From the NCBI GenBank assembly GCA_001662655.1, contig KV460258.1: a DNA stretch of 64,000 nt, one strand, 5' to 3'. Position 1 is the first letter of the stretch; each line of letters opens with the position of its first letter. Below the pieces are notes generated by a model. That model searched no databases and was not told where the DNA came from. It was given only the letters and a program-made list of their open reading frames with translations. The position numbers were made by a program, and so were the translations under genes. Shown in pieces: positions 1 to 11,970 of the stretch. Source of the DNA: Pseudogymnoascus verrucosus. Lineage: Eukaryota.

Positions 1-1608
1 ATGCGGCGTCTGACCAGCCGGGACTGAATCGGGGGTCTCTTGAAGCTTGATAACTTGTTTGTTACAAAAGTTTGACCTGTTGTGCACAATCTGCATCGAG
101 TTCGGTGATTTACAGACTGTACGAGGGCACTGGGTAGGCTCTGCAATCTTGCCACGCTCGATTTCGACCGTAACTGTATGGTTGCATGCTTGGCAGCGGA
201 AAAAGGCCTCTGCCATGTCGGGGATGATGGGTGTTGTGCGGATGACAAGGCCTTTGACTGAGATCATCTTATCCATGTCTAAAAGGGGTCAGCGGCAGTT
301 CTTGGGTGATAATAGTCATAGACCTACCAGAGGGGTCGAGGTCTCTGAGATTGATAGTTTTTTCAATTCCAAACAGGCGAACTTTATATTTTGCTTCGTC
401 CACTTCAGCTAAGATATCGCGTTTCTTCCTTGATTGAGTTGGTTGCGTTGGCCCTGGCGTCATCTCCATGTCACCCCTGTCGGAGCTTGGGATTGGCATA
501 TCCGAGCTAGGAATGTGGTGCGCTTGGGATAGGCCGTTCGTGCTTTGAGACTCTGCGGCTCTCTCTCGCTTGACTTCCTCCTCTGCAAGCTGTACCATGA
601 TATTGTGAACCACTTGATCCATCAATGGGATCATTTCTTGTGGATAGGCCTGGGCCTGATGATGAAGCTTCAGGGTAGGAGGGTATGCTTTGAGATCCAT
701 AAAGTCTATGTGTAAGCTGGAGTGTGCAAGCTCTAGCAGGTCCTTCATCTTGTCCATGTATACTTTCGACTCCGATGTTTCGTCCTCTTGGGTTTCTGCC
801 ACAGTCATACCGTCCGCCCACATCCGATACTTTTTGGTGAAATTACGCAAAAAGCCTTCGAATGTCTTTGAGGCATCAATAACGGAGATGTTTGTACCCC
901 AGACTGTGTTATAGATATTGCCGGAACCCCCTCCAAGGGCGTCAGCATCTGAAGTTGTAGGATCGTTATTTGAGAATGTCGGAGCATCTGACCCGTCAGG
1001 AACATTGTGGACGACATTCCCATTCTCATCGAGGAAAATACGCTTTCGAACTCCAGAAGCTGCGCTACGGTCGGGATTAATATCACCGCGGCTAGACCTA
1101 TTCAAACCGGAGCTACTTGGCGGTATGGACTGCGTAGAGCGAAGAAAGAGTCCACTGCTCTCCGTTGGGGCATCGGATTGTTGGCGCAAATCTCGGCCAG
1201 GACTGGATGTTGAAGCGTATCGAATAGGAGATGAATCTAGTACCGTTAGACAGTGAGATCAAAATAGATCAAAAACTACTCACCTCTCATCAGTTGTCCA
1301 GTGGCCCGAGGGGTGCGATCGCCATCTGTCATAGCAATATCTGGAGTTCCCCGACTGAAGGGGGAAGCGGCATCTTGTCGCCCAGCGACCGGTGAAGATT
1401 GGTAATTCATGGGCGATGATGACTTTATTTGGCGTCTAGGAGTGCCATGGCCCCGGCTAGCCTGGGAAGAAGAGGCGGCTTCACCCAGCAATTGCGCAGC
1501 AGACGGGTCTGGAGGACTACTGGGAGGGGCCTGGGAACTGCGTTGTGATGAGCGTTTCGGAGTTCCAGCGGCGGAGGCCTTTTGTCGTCGTTTTGCGGGT
1601 GACGACAT
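1..1608 (-). CDS. MCM4: DNA replication licensing factor Mcm4 (Cdc54/Cdc21), 5' part; runs off the window
   Basis: Ser/Pro-rich N-terminus (MSSPAKRR...SSP), then WGTNISV..F..FL, LKAYPPTLKL..Q..AYPQE.IPLMDQ, INLRDLDPSD|MDKMISVKGLVIRTTPIIPDMAEAFFRCQACNH Zn-finger. Introns about 1237-1283 and 279-327 with GT/AG ends and branch points. Confidence 0.93.
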
Positions 1609-1718
1609 TGCGATAATTACTTTTGTTTATATCGGCGTTGTTGTCAATGAAAAGAGTCCTGTGTCGATGTTTGGAGATGAACTGGAGTCGAGGCCAAGGT
1701 GTGATGGGGGGAAATAAG

Positions 1719-1751
1719 ACGCGTCGCGAAAAGGGTCGCGTTTGGACGCGT
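1719..1751. promoter_or_regulatory. MCB (ACGCGT) x2 and SCB-like (CGCGAAA) cell-cycle boxes in the MCM4/RET3 divergent promoter
   Basis: ACGCGT at 1719-1724 and 1746-1751; CGCGAAA at 1725-1731; about 110-145 bp upstream of the MCM4 ATG. Confidence 0.6.
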
Positions 1752-1944
1752 AGAGAGCTTGCATTAGCGCTCCCCAAACGAGCCAGTGGTGGGTTCATCC
1801 ATTTGAGGCTTAGCGTGCCTTTGGCGGTGCCAGATTACAGAAACACGGCCTCACTGCCAAAGAGCCGCAATACCAAGCTGCCAGTTGCTATAACGCCTCC
1901 CTCGCCTTGTTTTTTACTCCTGGCTTCGCAAAACCTCTGACACG

Positions 1945-2673
1945 ATGGCGCCCAATATGTCTCTCTTCTCTGTCCAGGCGATAATTATCCTCGGAACAGA
2001 GGACGGAAACCGCATCTTCGCCAAGTACTTCAATGCCCCTCATCACACCGCATCTTCACATGGCCAATGTGCGTAATCCGATGGACTGCTCTCCTGAGCG
2101 TCTTATAACCAATTTGCGAAACGATTTCTAATAAAATCATAGCTGCCTCGCCGTCGACCAACCCATACCCCGACGTCAAGGCCCAAAAAGCATTCGAGAA
2201 GGGCCTCTTGGAGAAGACAGCTAAGCAAACAGCCGATATCATATTATACGACAACAGAATAGTCTTGTACAAGTGCGAGTCGGATATTATGATGTACGTA
2301 GTGGGAGGAATGGAAGAGAACGAGATCATGCTCTACAATGTCGTCTTGGCCCTCCGCGACTCACTACACTTGCTATTCAAGTATGAATCCCCACCCCGCC
2401 GCTTGTGTGTCCCCAGCTAACTCCCGCAGGCAATCTGTCGACAAGCGCACAATCATCGAGAACTACGACCTGGTGTCCCTCGCGATCGATGAGATTGTTG
2501 ACGACGGAATCATCCTCGAGACCGATCCCCTTATCATCACGACCCGTGTCAGCAGGGCGCCGGCGCAAGACGTCGCGCAGTTGAAGGGCATTGATCTCAG
2601 TGAGCAGGGCATGAACAACCTGGCGCAGTTCGGAAAGGCGAAGTTAGGGGATTGGTTAAGGCAGGGCCTGTAA
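1945..2673 (+). CDS. RET3: Coatomer subunit zeta (zeta-COP)
   Basis: MAPNMSLFSVQAIIILGTEDGNRIFAKYF..., KAQKAFEKGLLEKT, ENEIMLYNVVLALRDSL, SVDKRTIIENYDLVSLAIDEIVDDGIILETD. Introns about 2069-2142 and 2381-2429. Confidence 0.93.
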
Positions 2674-3140
2674 TGGGTGTCAAGATGCGAACATGATTTC
2701 AGATGAAAGGTGAACCTCGGCACAACTGGCCGTATTGCAGCATAGAGAGTGCCATAGACGATAGCGCATGAGCGCTCTATCACGACCATGGAGCCAGACT
2801 GGAAAATGGGGGCGTTTTGGTGGAATTTAAGACTCGATACCGTATCTTGATGGCCCCAGTTAAGAAGCTGATGGTGTGAAACGTGATAATGTTGGATTTT
2901 GCTCATGGTTTTCCCGATATCAAAGCTTGGTTTTAATCATCGGCAGGCCTATATTGTAGCCAACATTTTAATTCTGTCAACTTGACTCTCAATTACATTT
3001 TCAAGTGATATCATCTAAAAACATTCAAAACGCCAGCACCCATAGGTGCAAATGACTTCCTAAAACAAGAATATGAGCCGCATGTAATCAACGCCGTATC
3101 CTCTATCATGTCCATGTGAGCATCCTCAATTCTATCCCAA

Positions 3141-4745
3141 TCAGTTAATATGTTTCGTTATTCCTTTCTCGTTTTGCCCCCATCGCTCCGACGCAGCCTT
3201 CCTCGCTCGATTCATAACCGCCGCTGCGATACCACCGCCATCTTCTTCGATTCCTTCAACAAAGATAACATCCACGCCGCGCTTGTCCATCTCCCTAAGC
3301 GCGGCAAACAATCCACTTGCTATTGTTTGGGTATCGCGGCCAAGATGAACATCCACAAGTTTGATACAGAAAGAATCTGCACCATCGCAGTGAAACAGTT
3401 TAGCTGTAGAGTAGTCCAATTCCGCCTGACCATTGATTGTGGCCGTCCCGTTCTTATAGTGCTCTAAAATTCTGGTGCCTTCTCCGCCCAGATTTCCTTC
3501 CCAACCCAGCCATTTATTCCAGTGCTTGGTACGTAGTATGCCAACGTTGAGGTTAGTGGGTGGAGCCTCTGTAGCGGATTCATCTTTTTCTGACTGCTGT
3601 TCGTCACCGGATTTCTTTATGTGGCCTAGATCAAGAAACTTCATGCCAGGTGTTGATTGTGGAGTTGGGGAAAACCCGTCTTCGCACAATATAACTGTGG
3701 CGTTCGGGCTATAATGCTTATACTTCATACCAGGAGCACGGGGCGCAGACCCTCCGATTTCGCTCTCATCTTTATAGCCTTTTTGTACGTTCTCCCACCC
3801 AGGGCACTCTCTGATATCATCGATGCTGAGTCCACCGGGGCGAAGGATAAGCGGTGGATCTCGAAGTCCATCAACCACTGTGCTCTCGACACCAATGTTG
3901 CAAGGCCCGCCATCCAAGATATACTGGATCTTCCCATTCAAGTCATGGAATACGTGCTTCGCAGCAGTCGGGGACGGCTTAGTTGACGAGTTTGCTGATG
4001 GAGCTGCGACCGGAACGCCAGACAACTTGATTAGGGTCCGCGCAAGAGCAGAATCAGGCATACGTAGGCCAACCGTGTCCAGTCCAGCAGTGACTTCCGG
4101 AGCGAGGTAATTCGGCGGTTTCGGGAAAAGTAGAGTGAGCGGACCCGGCCAGAACTTATTTATAAGCTCGTTGTAGCGAGCCACATAAAGGCTCGTCTCT
4201 TGTGACATTATCAAGCCTTTCGCCATTTCCGTGTACATGTCAAGGTCGGATATATGGACAATCAGAGGATTATCTGACGGCCTACCTTTCGCTTTGTAAA
4301 TCCCTTGGACTGCTCTGCCGTCTCTTGCGTTTGCGCCCAGGCCGTATACTGTTTCTGTTGGGAAGGCAACTGGATAGTTACCATCACGTATAGCCTTTGC
4401 CGCAGTCTCCATGTGCCGCATAGTGTCGGAGTTGTCGCTATCCACTGTCCATGTTTTGAGTCTCGATCTTACATCGGCCGTCTGTAGAAACTCGCCGAAT
4501 TTATGCGGGCCGACCTTGAGAACCACTGTCTCTCTACACCCATCTGGTTTGACACTTGGTTGATTTTGAACGGGGTTTAAGGAGCTTCTGCCTGAGGCAG
4601 ACTCGCTTTGGTGAGGTCGATCCATGGTGGCTTGAGAATGCATTGCACAGTGATGGCGAAGGGAATATATGATTTGTGTTCTTGAGCGAAAGTATATCCT
4701 CGATGAATTTGACAATAGATTCCTGTGCGTCCAGAGGTTGAGCAT
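3141..4745 (-). CDS. SUA5: Threonylcarbamoyl-AMP synthase Sua5 (YrdC + SUA5 domains)
   Basis: VAFPTETVYGLGANA, KGRPSDNPLIVH, FWPGPLTL, APSANSSTKPSPT, GVESTVVD, APGMKYKHYSP, AVMNRARKAA. Start codon uncertain (4745, 4643 or 4625). Confidence 0.95.
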   Translation of the reverse strand: MLNLWTHRNLLSNSSRIYFRSRTQIIYSLRHHCAMHSQATMDRPHQSESASGRSSLNPVQNQPSVKPDGCRETVVLKVGPHKFGEFLQTADVRSRLKTWTVDSDNSDTMRHMETAAKAIRDGNYPVAFPTETVYGLGANARDGRAVQGIYKAKGRPSDNPLIVHISDLDMYTEMAKGLIMSQETSLYVARYNELINKFWPGPLTLLFPKPPNYLAPEVTAGLDTVGLRMPDSALARTLIKLSGVPVAAPSANSSTKPSPTAAKHVFHDLNGKIQYILDGGPCNIGVESTVVDGLRDPPLILRPGGLSIDDIRECPGWENVQKGYKDESEIGGSAPRAPGMKYKHYSPNATVILCEDGFSPTPQSTPGMKFLDLGHIKKSGDEQQSEKDESATEAPPTNLNVGILRTKHWNKWLGWEGNLGGEGTRILEHYKNGTATINGQAELDYSTAKLFHCDGADSFCIKLVDVHLGRDTQTIASGLFAALREMDKRGVDVIFVEGIEEDGGGIAAAVMNRARKAASERWGQNEKGITKHIN

Positions 4746-5748
4746 CTAGGGAACAGTGCCAGCTCCACGGATTCGAAGGGCAAAGACAGTCGCGGCAGTG
4801 AGCATCTTTCGTCTTGTACTGTCACTTTCGGATAACTTCAAGCAAACTAAGAGGCGGGGTCTGAGAGTACTGTATTGGGCTCCAATGACGCGTTGTTGAC
4901 TCAAAATTATAATTTTCTAGGTGGGGCGAGGCTGTCCCTTAGCGAGGCTGACCGTGGCCGATGTTACGTAAGCTTTCCAAACAGTTCAAGCCCAAGGAGC
5001 CTCGCGAACAGGAACTCGAAGAACTCGTTTTCGCTTTCAGTATTTACAGCAATTACGAATAAAATATAGGCTATTAATCATCTTAGGTTGAAATTATCAT
5101 ACTGAAGCTGTTTTATTAGCCAGTTTCTTACAAATTCGGCAAAAGGAGCTAATATCACATGCGTGGTCCCTTTCTTGGCTTTTTCAACGGCACCCGTATC
5201 AACAACATCCGGATAATGATAACTGGTGCGGCTAATACGAAGTTAGCTTTATACAGCACCCAGGATGTAAATATAACTCATAGCCAATAGCCCGCTTGAA
5301 GATACAAGGTTTTGGGCCAAAAATGGGCGCCCGGCAAACGATCAAATATGAGGGCCTGACTGGTCGGAGAAAATCTACCGGTCCAGGGCTAAATCTTTAA
5401 ATACTCCGGTGGGTTGCGGCGAATCCTTTCACGAAGCTATATGGGGCACATGCATCCTGTCGGTATAGCAGATCTTCTTTATCAACTTACGCACCAATCA
5501 CAACCAACGCTTGAACGATAGACAGAGGGGAAACAAAAGACGACGGGTAATTCGCGGGGAACCCAGAAATAAACAACAAGATGCACGGGCAAACCAATCT
5601 CCGCACTTTCAGTGTTTCTCGGTTTTTGATGCGTCTCTACTTACCTAGGAAAGTATATGAAGACAACCATTGCCTATTTCTTAAAATTGTTGGTCAATAG
5701 ATTCCTAGTCATAAATCTCACATATTTCCCGCTTTATCATTTCTCACA

Positions 5749-6965
5749 ATGCGCGGCCGTAAAGCTATCGCCGCATCCCTAACATGGGCCTTGTCCATCT
5801 CTTCGGTCTATTCTGCACCGAGTGCAGCTGTCAAAGAGTGTGAGGTTGCAGACCACGAGGTGACCTTTAAAACAATCTATGTTCCACCGTCGAACTACAA
5901 TACTCCAAAAACTCTTTATGGGCGCACAGTTCAACTGGAGGATGGGACTCTTCTGGCAACATGGTAAGTATCAATGACTTCTTTCCGGTATGAGTCCAGT
6001 GTTGAGCTTAACTAACATGCTTTTCAAGGGAAAACTACTCCCCCGAACCGCCTTTGGTTTACTTCCCTATATACAAAAGTACCGATAAGGGCGAGACCTG
6101 GGCTCCTTTCTCTAATGTCACAGACCAGGTGAATGGCTGGGGGCTGCGCTACCAGCCGGATCTGTATCTTCTACCACAGGCTATCGGCGATCTTCCGAAG
6201 GGGACAATTATTTGTTCGGCGAATTCTATCCCTACGGATCTTAGCCAGACTAAGATCGATGTCTATGCATCTGTGAACGGCGGAAAGACATGGTCATTTG
6301 TCTCTACTGTCGCATCTGGAGGAGTTGCCTTGCCGAACAATGGCGAGACCCCAATATGGGAGCCATTCATGATGGTCTACGACAACCAGCTTGTCATGTA
6401 CTACTCCGACCAACGCGACCCTGCACATGGCCAAAAGATGGTCCACCAAGTCAGCGCCGATGGTATAACTTGGGGCCCCGTGGTGAACGATATTGCGTAC
6501 TCAACCTATGAACAACGCCCAGGAATGCCGACCGTCGCAGCTCTGCCCAACGGTCAATATATCATGACTTATGAATACGGATTGGGCCCCAATCCTGCGG
6601 GCAGCGGAACTTTCCCCATCTACTATCGTATTAGCTCCAGTCCTCTCACATTCGACTCGGCACCAGGTCAAATCCTCAATGCCGGGGGGACCGTTCCAAC
6701 GTCGTCCCCATATGTTGTCTGGAGTCCCTCGGGAGGTCCGAATGGAAGCATCATTGTAAGCGCTAATAGCCACGCCGAGATCTTTATAAACACGAACCTG
6801 GGTGATGCAGATTCTTGGGTCAAGTACGCTACCCCCCAGTCAAGAGCCTACACAAGACACCTGAGAGTCATGGATGACCCGGATTACTTGTTAATCATGA
6901 GTGCTGGATTTTTGAATGGTGACAATTATGTGACGGATAGTGTCATGAAGTTGCCGAATTTGTAA
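5749..6965 (+). CDS. Secreted GH93-type exo-alpha-1,5-L-arabinanase (BNR/Asp-box beta-propeller)
   Basis: Signal peptide; LLATW|ENYSPEPPLVYFPIYKSTDKGETW, NGWGLRYQP, GGVALPNNGETPIWEPF, YYSDQRDP, RPGMP, TYEYG. Intron about 5964-6028. Confidence 0.85.
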
Positions 6966-7281
6966 CTTAGACATCTCATAGATATAAGGTTGAAATGAAT
7001 GGGCTTATCTACACCATTAACATAAAACTATTTATGCGCTCGCAGATTTATTAATGCTAACTGCCATCTACATGTGTTTGGGCTAACTTATTTGGTATTA
7101 GAGCACCCGGGAACGAAGGAGCTTGAGGAAGGAGCATTGGAGGAAGGAGCATTGGGAAAGACCTGTTTTCGGATAGGAGTTAGAAAAGAAACACAGCTGC
7201 TATATCAGTACTCGATCTATTGTATTCACCTTTGCTACTTGAATCTCTAGGTTCGTTTCACTGTCGCCCTCGTAGTTATGC

Positions 7282-8024
7282 CTATTCCGCTGTCTTTTTA
7301 AGACTTTGGCAACTAACGTGGAACATTGCCAACTTCACAACCCCCTCCAAGCTCCTGAGCAAGCCGACATTATCCTTAAAAGCATCCGTCTCCCGAAACT
7401 TCATGTGCGCGTCAATGCTAGTCCAGCCGATGAACGCCGCAAGGATCGACCCTGTCTGTCCTTCTTCTCCTCCCTTCACTGGGAAGTCGTTCTCCACACC
7501 CCAGCCGAAGCTAACACCCCTGATATCAGAGCATTTGTTAAGGCCCTTATCTGAAAACTCCCGGACATTCGCGGAAGCTGCGTCTTTTTGGGCTTGCGAG
7601 ATATCGGAGGAGAAGTAAGCGAGCATGATTTCCGTCACGGGCGCCTGTAAGGCTAATGGCGGGGACGGCGTGACAGCAACATGCTTCGTGAATTCACCAT
7701 GGCTCAAGATGGTCGGCAGATCCTTTACTGCGTCTCTGCCAGACCTGGTGGATAATTTCAGTTTATATCACTAGAAAGAATATGGGATTTAGCCGCTTAC
7801 GATTTGGCAAAGTTCTCGTGGTCTTCGACGGAGTCCCAGTCAAAGAAGGCCCAGAGCTTTGAGGGATCCTCAACTTCTAGTCCCCAATAAACCTGGTGTG
7901 GACCTCCTGGCGCAGAAGTGACTGCTTTCCAGGCTCCCATCAAGACCTGGCCTTCTTGAGTAGATTCGTCCATAACATTAAGGCCGGGCTTGACGCCCAT
8001 GCAGCCGATCTCTGTAACAGCCAT
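7282..8024 (-). CDS. Dimeric alpha/beta-barrel (ABM-like) protein
   Basis: Two halves each ending in W.SxxxH..F (WDSVEDHENF; WTSIDAHMKF), VYWGLEVEDPS, APVTE. One intron about 7746-7800. Confidence 0.7.
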
Positions 8025-8609
8025 TTTGGATACTGTCGAATATATGGCTTATGGTGGCAATGCAGAGAGGAGGATACAGACAGTAGTTATATAGTAGGCA
8101 ATTGCTGCCTGACATGTCCGACCCACTGGAAGCCTGTTTTATTTGCGGTACATTCTAGACGAGCTCCGCAGATAGATAAATACCGACAGCAACAATGCTT
8201 TATTTCGGTGCCTGCTGCACCCCTCACTTGATAACAAGTATTCATGGGGCGAAGGAGCGGGGTCATGATCGGCTGCCGAAGCTCTCCAAAGAGGTATCCA
8301 CTTGGCCACGATTTAGCTCCATAAATACCCCACCCGAGCCTCGAACTTCAATTATATCATAACTTGCACAAGTTTCATCGCGATTATCTTGCGAGACCTC
8401 ATCCAGAGCAGCCCCAGGAAATATTCTGGAATAATCGATCATCTTTCCATGGTCACGGCATCGTGCCTGGTTAGATCGTATTCCCTCGGAGGGGAACATA
8501 TTCAACACCCAAGGCACCAACTTTCGACCTTCCCAGCTAACCTTCTTACATCTCGTATACTGCTACCAATCAACCCTTCATCATCTCCCGGGATAATTTA
8601 CAATTTACA

Positions 8610-10127
8610 ATGGCCACTACATTATCAGGACGTGGCCAACGCTCCTTTTCAGCTTACGACGTCAGCATCCCGGAAATCACCGACAATGTCTATGATGGGA
8701 AGTCAAATCCATCAGGAGTGATATCTCTTGGTTTATCTGAAAACGTAAGTTTTAATGATATGACGCTTTGATTCTTTCAGAATCCATAGCTGACAGGAAT
8801 CTTAAGCACTTAATCCACGGAAACGTTGTTGATTTTATCAATAAGCATGTAAGTAACATAAGCTCAATTGCACCGTATAGCTAGAGCCGCTCTATTTAAG
8901 GCTAAAACTTGTCTCCAGTTTAAAATCGATGAATTCACTGCTACAACATATACAGGAACAACTATTGGAGGTGTCGGTCTGAGGAGAGCCGTAGCAAAGC
9001 ATATCAACAAGTATTTCAATCCTACCGTGCCTGTGGGTATGAAGGAAGTCGGTATTGCAAATGGCGTTACGGCAATCTGTTCAATGTTGGCTTTTATGTT
9101 GGGAGATGTAGGAGATGGCATCCTACTCATGCGGCCAATTTATGGGAAATTTGAAAATGACTTGACGATCGTTGCTCAGTATATATCCCTCCCAGCTTTT
9201 TTCATTTGTTAAGCTAATGATATTAGATGCAAAACGCTGTATGCCAACATGGGTGATACGGATCCATTTTCAGAGGCTGTGGTAGAGAAGTACGCTCTCC
9301 GTCTTGCTCAAGCCAAAGCAGATGGTACCAATACTCGGGCCCTCCTAATCTGCAACCCGCACAATCCCTCTGGCCGGTGCTATCCCAAAGCTACCCTTAT
9401 TGCGCTCATGAAATTCTGTGCCCGGCACAATCTACATCTAATCTCCGACGAAGTGTATGCTCTGACCGCCTTTAAAACAGCTGATCCTTCAAGCGCGCCC
9501 TTCACCTCTGTTCTCGAGATCGATACTATTGGAATCATCGACCCGAGATATCTACACGTCGGATATGGTTTCAGCAAAGATTTTGGTGCCCCTGGCCTTC
9601 ATATAGCGGCCCTAGTGACCAGAAATGATGAAGTCCAGCAGGCATTTGAAGCGATTGGTCTGCTCCATGCACCTGGTGGGCCGAGCTGCGCAATTGTGCT
9701 TGCGATGTTAGAGGATGATAATTTCGTGGAAGATACTATTAAATTGTCCCGCATCAGACTGGCGGAAAACTACGAGCTGGTGACCCGCATGCTGGATAAA
9801 GCAGGGATTGCATACTGGAAAGGTGGCAGGGCCGGATTCTTCCTGTGGATCGATTTGTTCAGGTTTTTGCCGCCGCCAGAGGGGACTCAAAGAGATACCG
9901 AGAGGGAGAAGATGCTTGCTGGAAAGTTGCTGGAAGGTGGTGTTTTTCTAAACCCGGGGGCTGAATGGGCAGAGAGGCCAGGTTGGTTCAGATTGATCTT
10001 CTCACACGAGAAGGGCAAGGTAGAGGAAGGGGTGAGACGGTGAGTTAAATAGCTGTATGGAGGCTTGTTGAGTGTGAAACTGACTGGAGTTTTGCGTAGG
10101 CTTATTAAGACACTGTGTGGGGAGTAA
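8610..10127 (+). CDS. PLP-dependent aminotransferase class I/II, ACC-synthase-like
   Basis: NPSGVISLGLSEN, ICNPHNPSGRCY, LHLISDEVY, YGFSKDFG (PLP lysine), AGFFLWIDL, PGWFRLIF. Multiple short introns; last exon ends RLIKTLCGE* at 10127. Confidence 0.85.
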
Positions 10128-10337
10128 AGTCCCATGAAGAGGGACCGTCATGTCTGAGGGTTGATATGAGCAATTTAAGCCCATGGCATTTATCTCTTCA
10201 GCCCTTCTTGTGAGTAACTAGCGTATTGATAATAGCTATAAATGATGGAGCACCTCTGATTGAAATAAAACACCAACTATTGTACATAGCCCCCCGTCGC
10301 CCTTTGCGCTCCAATTGGTACCACTTATAACATACAG

Positions 10338-11495
10338 TTATTGTCGAGCCTGGTTAATCTTTGCAACTCTCTCAAATATACCCATCGTATGCTCCCAAAC
10401 CGTCGCTCCGACATTTTCCGCTCGATATTCATTTAGTAACTTCTGTTTGCCCGTTGCTTCGCCATTCCAATTGACGAGATACGCACCGCTACCCGCGATC
10501 GTATTGGCACCCAACATAGGCGTATGCAAGCCCTTGGGGGCAGGGACACCGGTTGCCAGCGTATCATTCGTGAGGGGCTTAGCTGGTGGGTAAACGCCAC
10601 TGGTAGCGATAAAAAGCTGCCTGGCACCCGTCTCTTCTTGACTGACAGAGAATACCGCTATGAGCGGAGATAGAACCTTCGCAGCCGCACGAGCCCATAC
10701 GGGCAATTCCCTCATGAGACCGGTATTAACAGCTGAAGGATACGAGTGTGAAAAGGTCGTCGCAGGCTGGCGCTTTGAGAATTCCTCTGTCATGAGACTG
10801 TTCATCGTAGTCGTATGTGTTGCGCACTTGGGGCGCGTGAAAGTATTCTTCAACTCCAAGTCTTCAAAGTCTAGCTTGCCTTCCGACCCTGCGCTGAGTA
10901 TGCTCAGTGTTCGTGAGAAATGGGGCGGCTTAGTGGCAGCAGTTTGGAGGAGAGGGAGAAGATTTGAGATGAAGCGCATTCTGGAGTAGTAGTTAAGCGT
11001 GAACTTGCGGTCGATTCCTTCGTGGGATTCTAATAGAAGTCAGCAACGAAAGGATTTGTGAAGGCTTTCATATGCTTACCATCACGGCCTCGTAAGTTCA
11101 TGTTCCCCTGGCTCTGCACTATGAGGTTGATATGCGGTTCCTTCTTGGTAATCTCTGCGCATACTCGGTCGACCTCCGCCAGCTCTGACACATCTGCCTT
11201 TAAAAACTCAACTTTACCATCCTTGTTGAGCTCTTTGCATTCATTGATGATGCGCTCTGCAGCAGACTCGCTTCGGCCTACAATGTAGACTCGAGGGGAT
11301 AGCGCGTTCTTAACGAAGGCTTTGGCTGTGTGTTCCCCAATGCCAGACGTGGCACCAACTAGTATATGTTAGCTAAATTTTCAAGGCGAAAATAAACAAC
11401 ATATAGTGATATTACTTACCGAAAAGAGCTACTAAGCCAGGGCCAAGCTCTCGAAGTTGGGCATTGGAAGCGTGAACAAGATCAAGCCCCACCAT
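10338..11495 (-). CDS. Short-chain dehydrogenase/reductase (atypical fungal SDR of the type found in secondary-metabolite clusters)
   Basis: LVALF|VGATSGIGEHTAKAF Rossmann motif, YIVGRS, ADVSEL, EGIDRKFTLNYYSRMRF, HSYPSAVNTGL. Two introns. Confidence 0.85.
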
Positions 11496-11970
11496 CTTGT
11501 GCTTTCTGGAGGTAAAACTGCTTTGCAGATTGGACAGCAGGCTGTTTTGGTTTGTCGTTAGTTTCTAGTTGTTTGATACGGCAGAAACCAATTTGACGTT
11601 GTTTGTTTGAAAGAAAACAAGCCCTATATTTATATGTAAGTGGGGTGACGTCGTCGGACTTTATCTCTCTAACGCCGGGAACGGGAACGCGTCCGTGACT
11701 GCCTGCGAAGCGAAAGCCACGCCTCGTCGTCGATGCCTTCGTCAATTTATTTTATCCCGCCCACCAGTTAACTAAGACTATTACCATTTATAGTTGAGTT
11801 TATAAAAATTCGGCCATTAGAATTTTGAAAGCAGTGCGATCTCTGCCACACATCTGAGGTTTAATCTCCATATTTATTTTATATAATATTTATCTCGATT
11901 GATTTGTAGGGTATAGTTTTTATTTCCTTCACTACCAAGGGTAGCACCCAGCAACACGTAAAGCGCACAC

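Noticed and set aside
7112..7156. Short direct repeat gaggaaggagcattgg x2
   Set aside because: Trivial slippage duplication in a 3' intergenic region.
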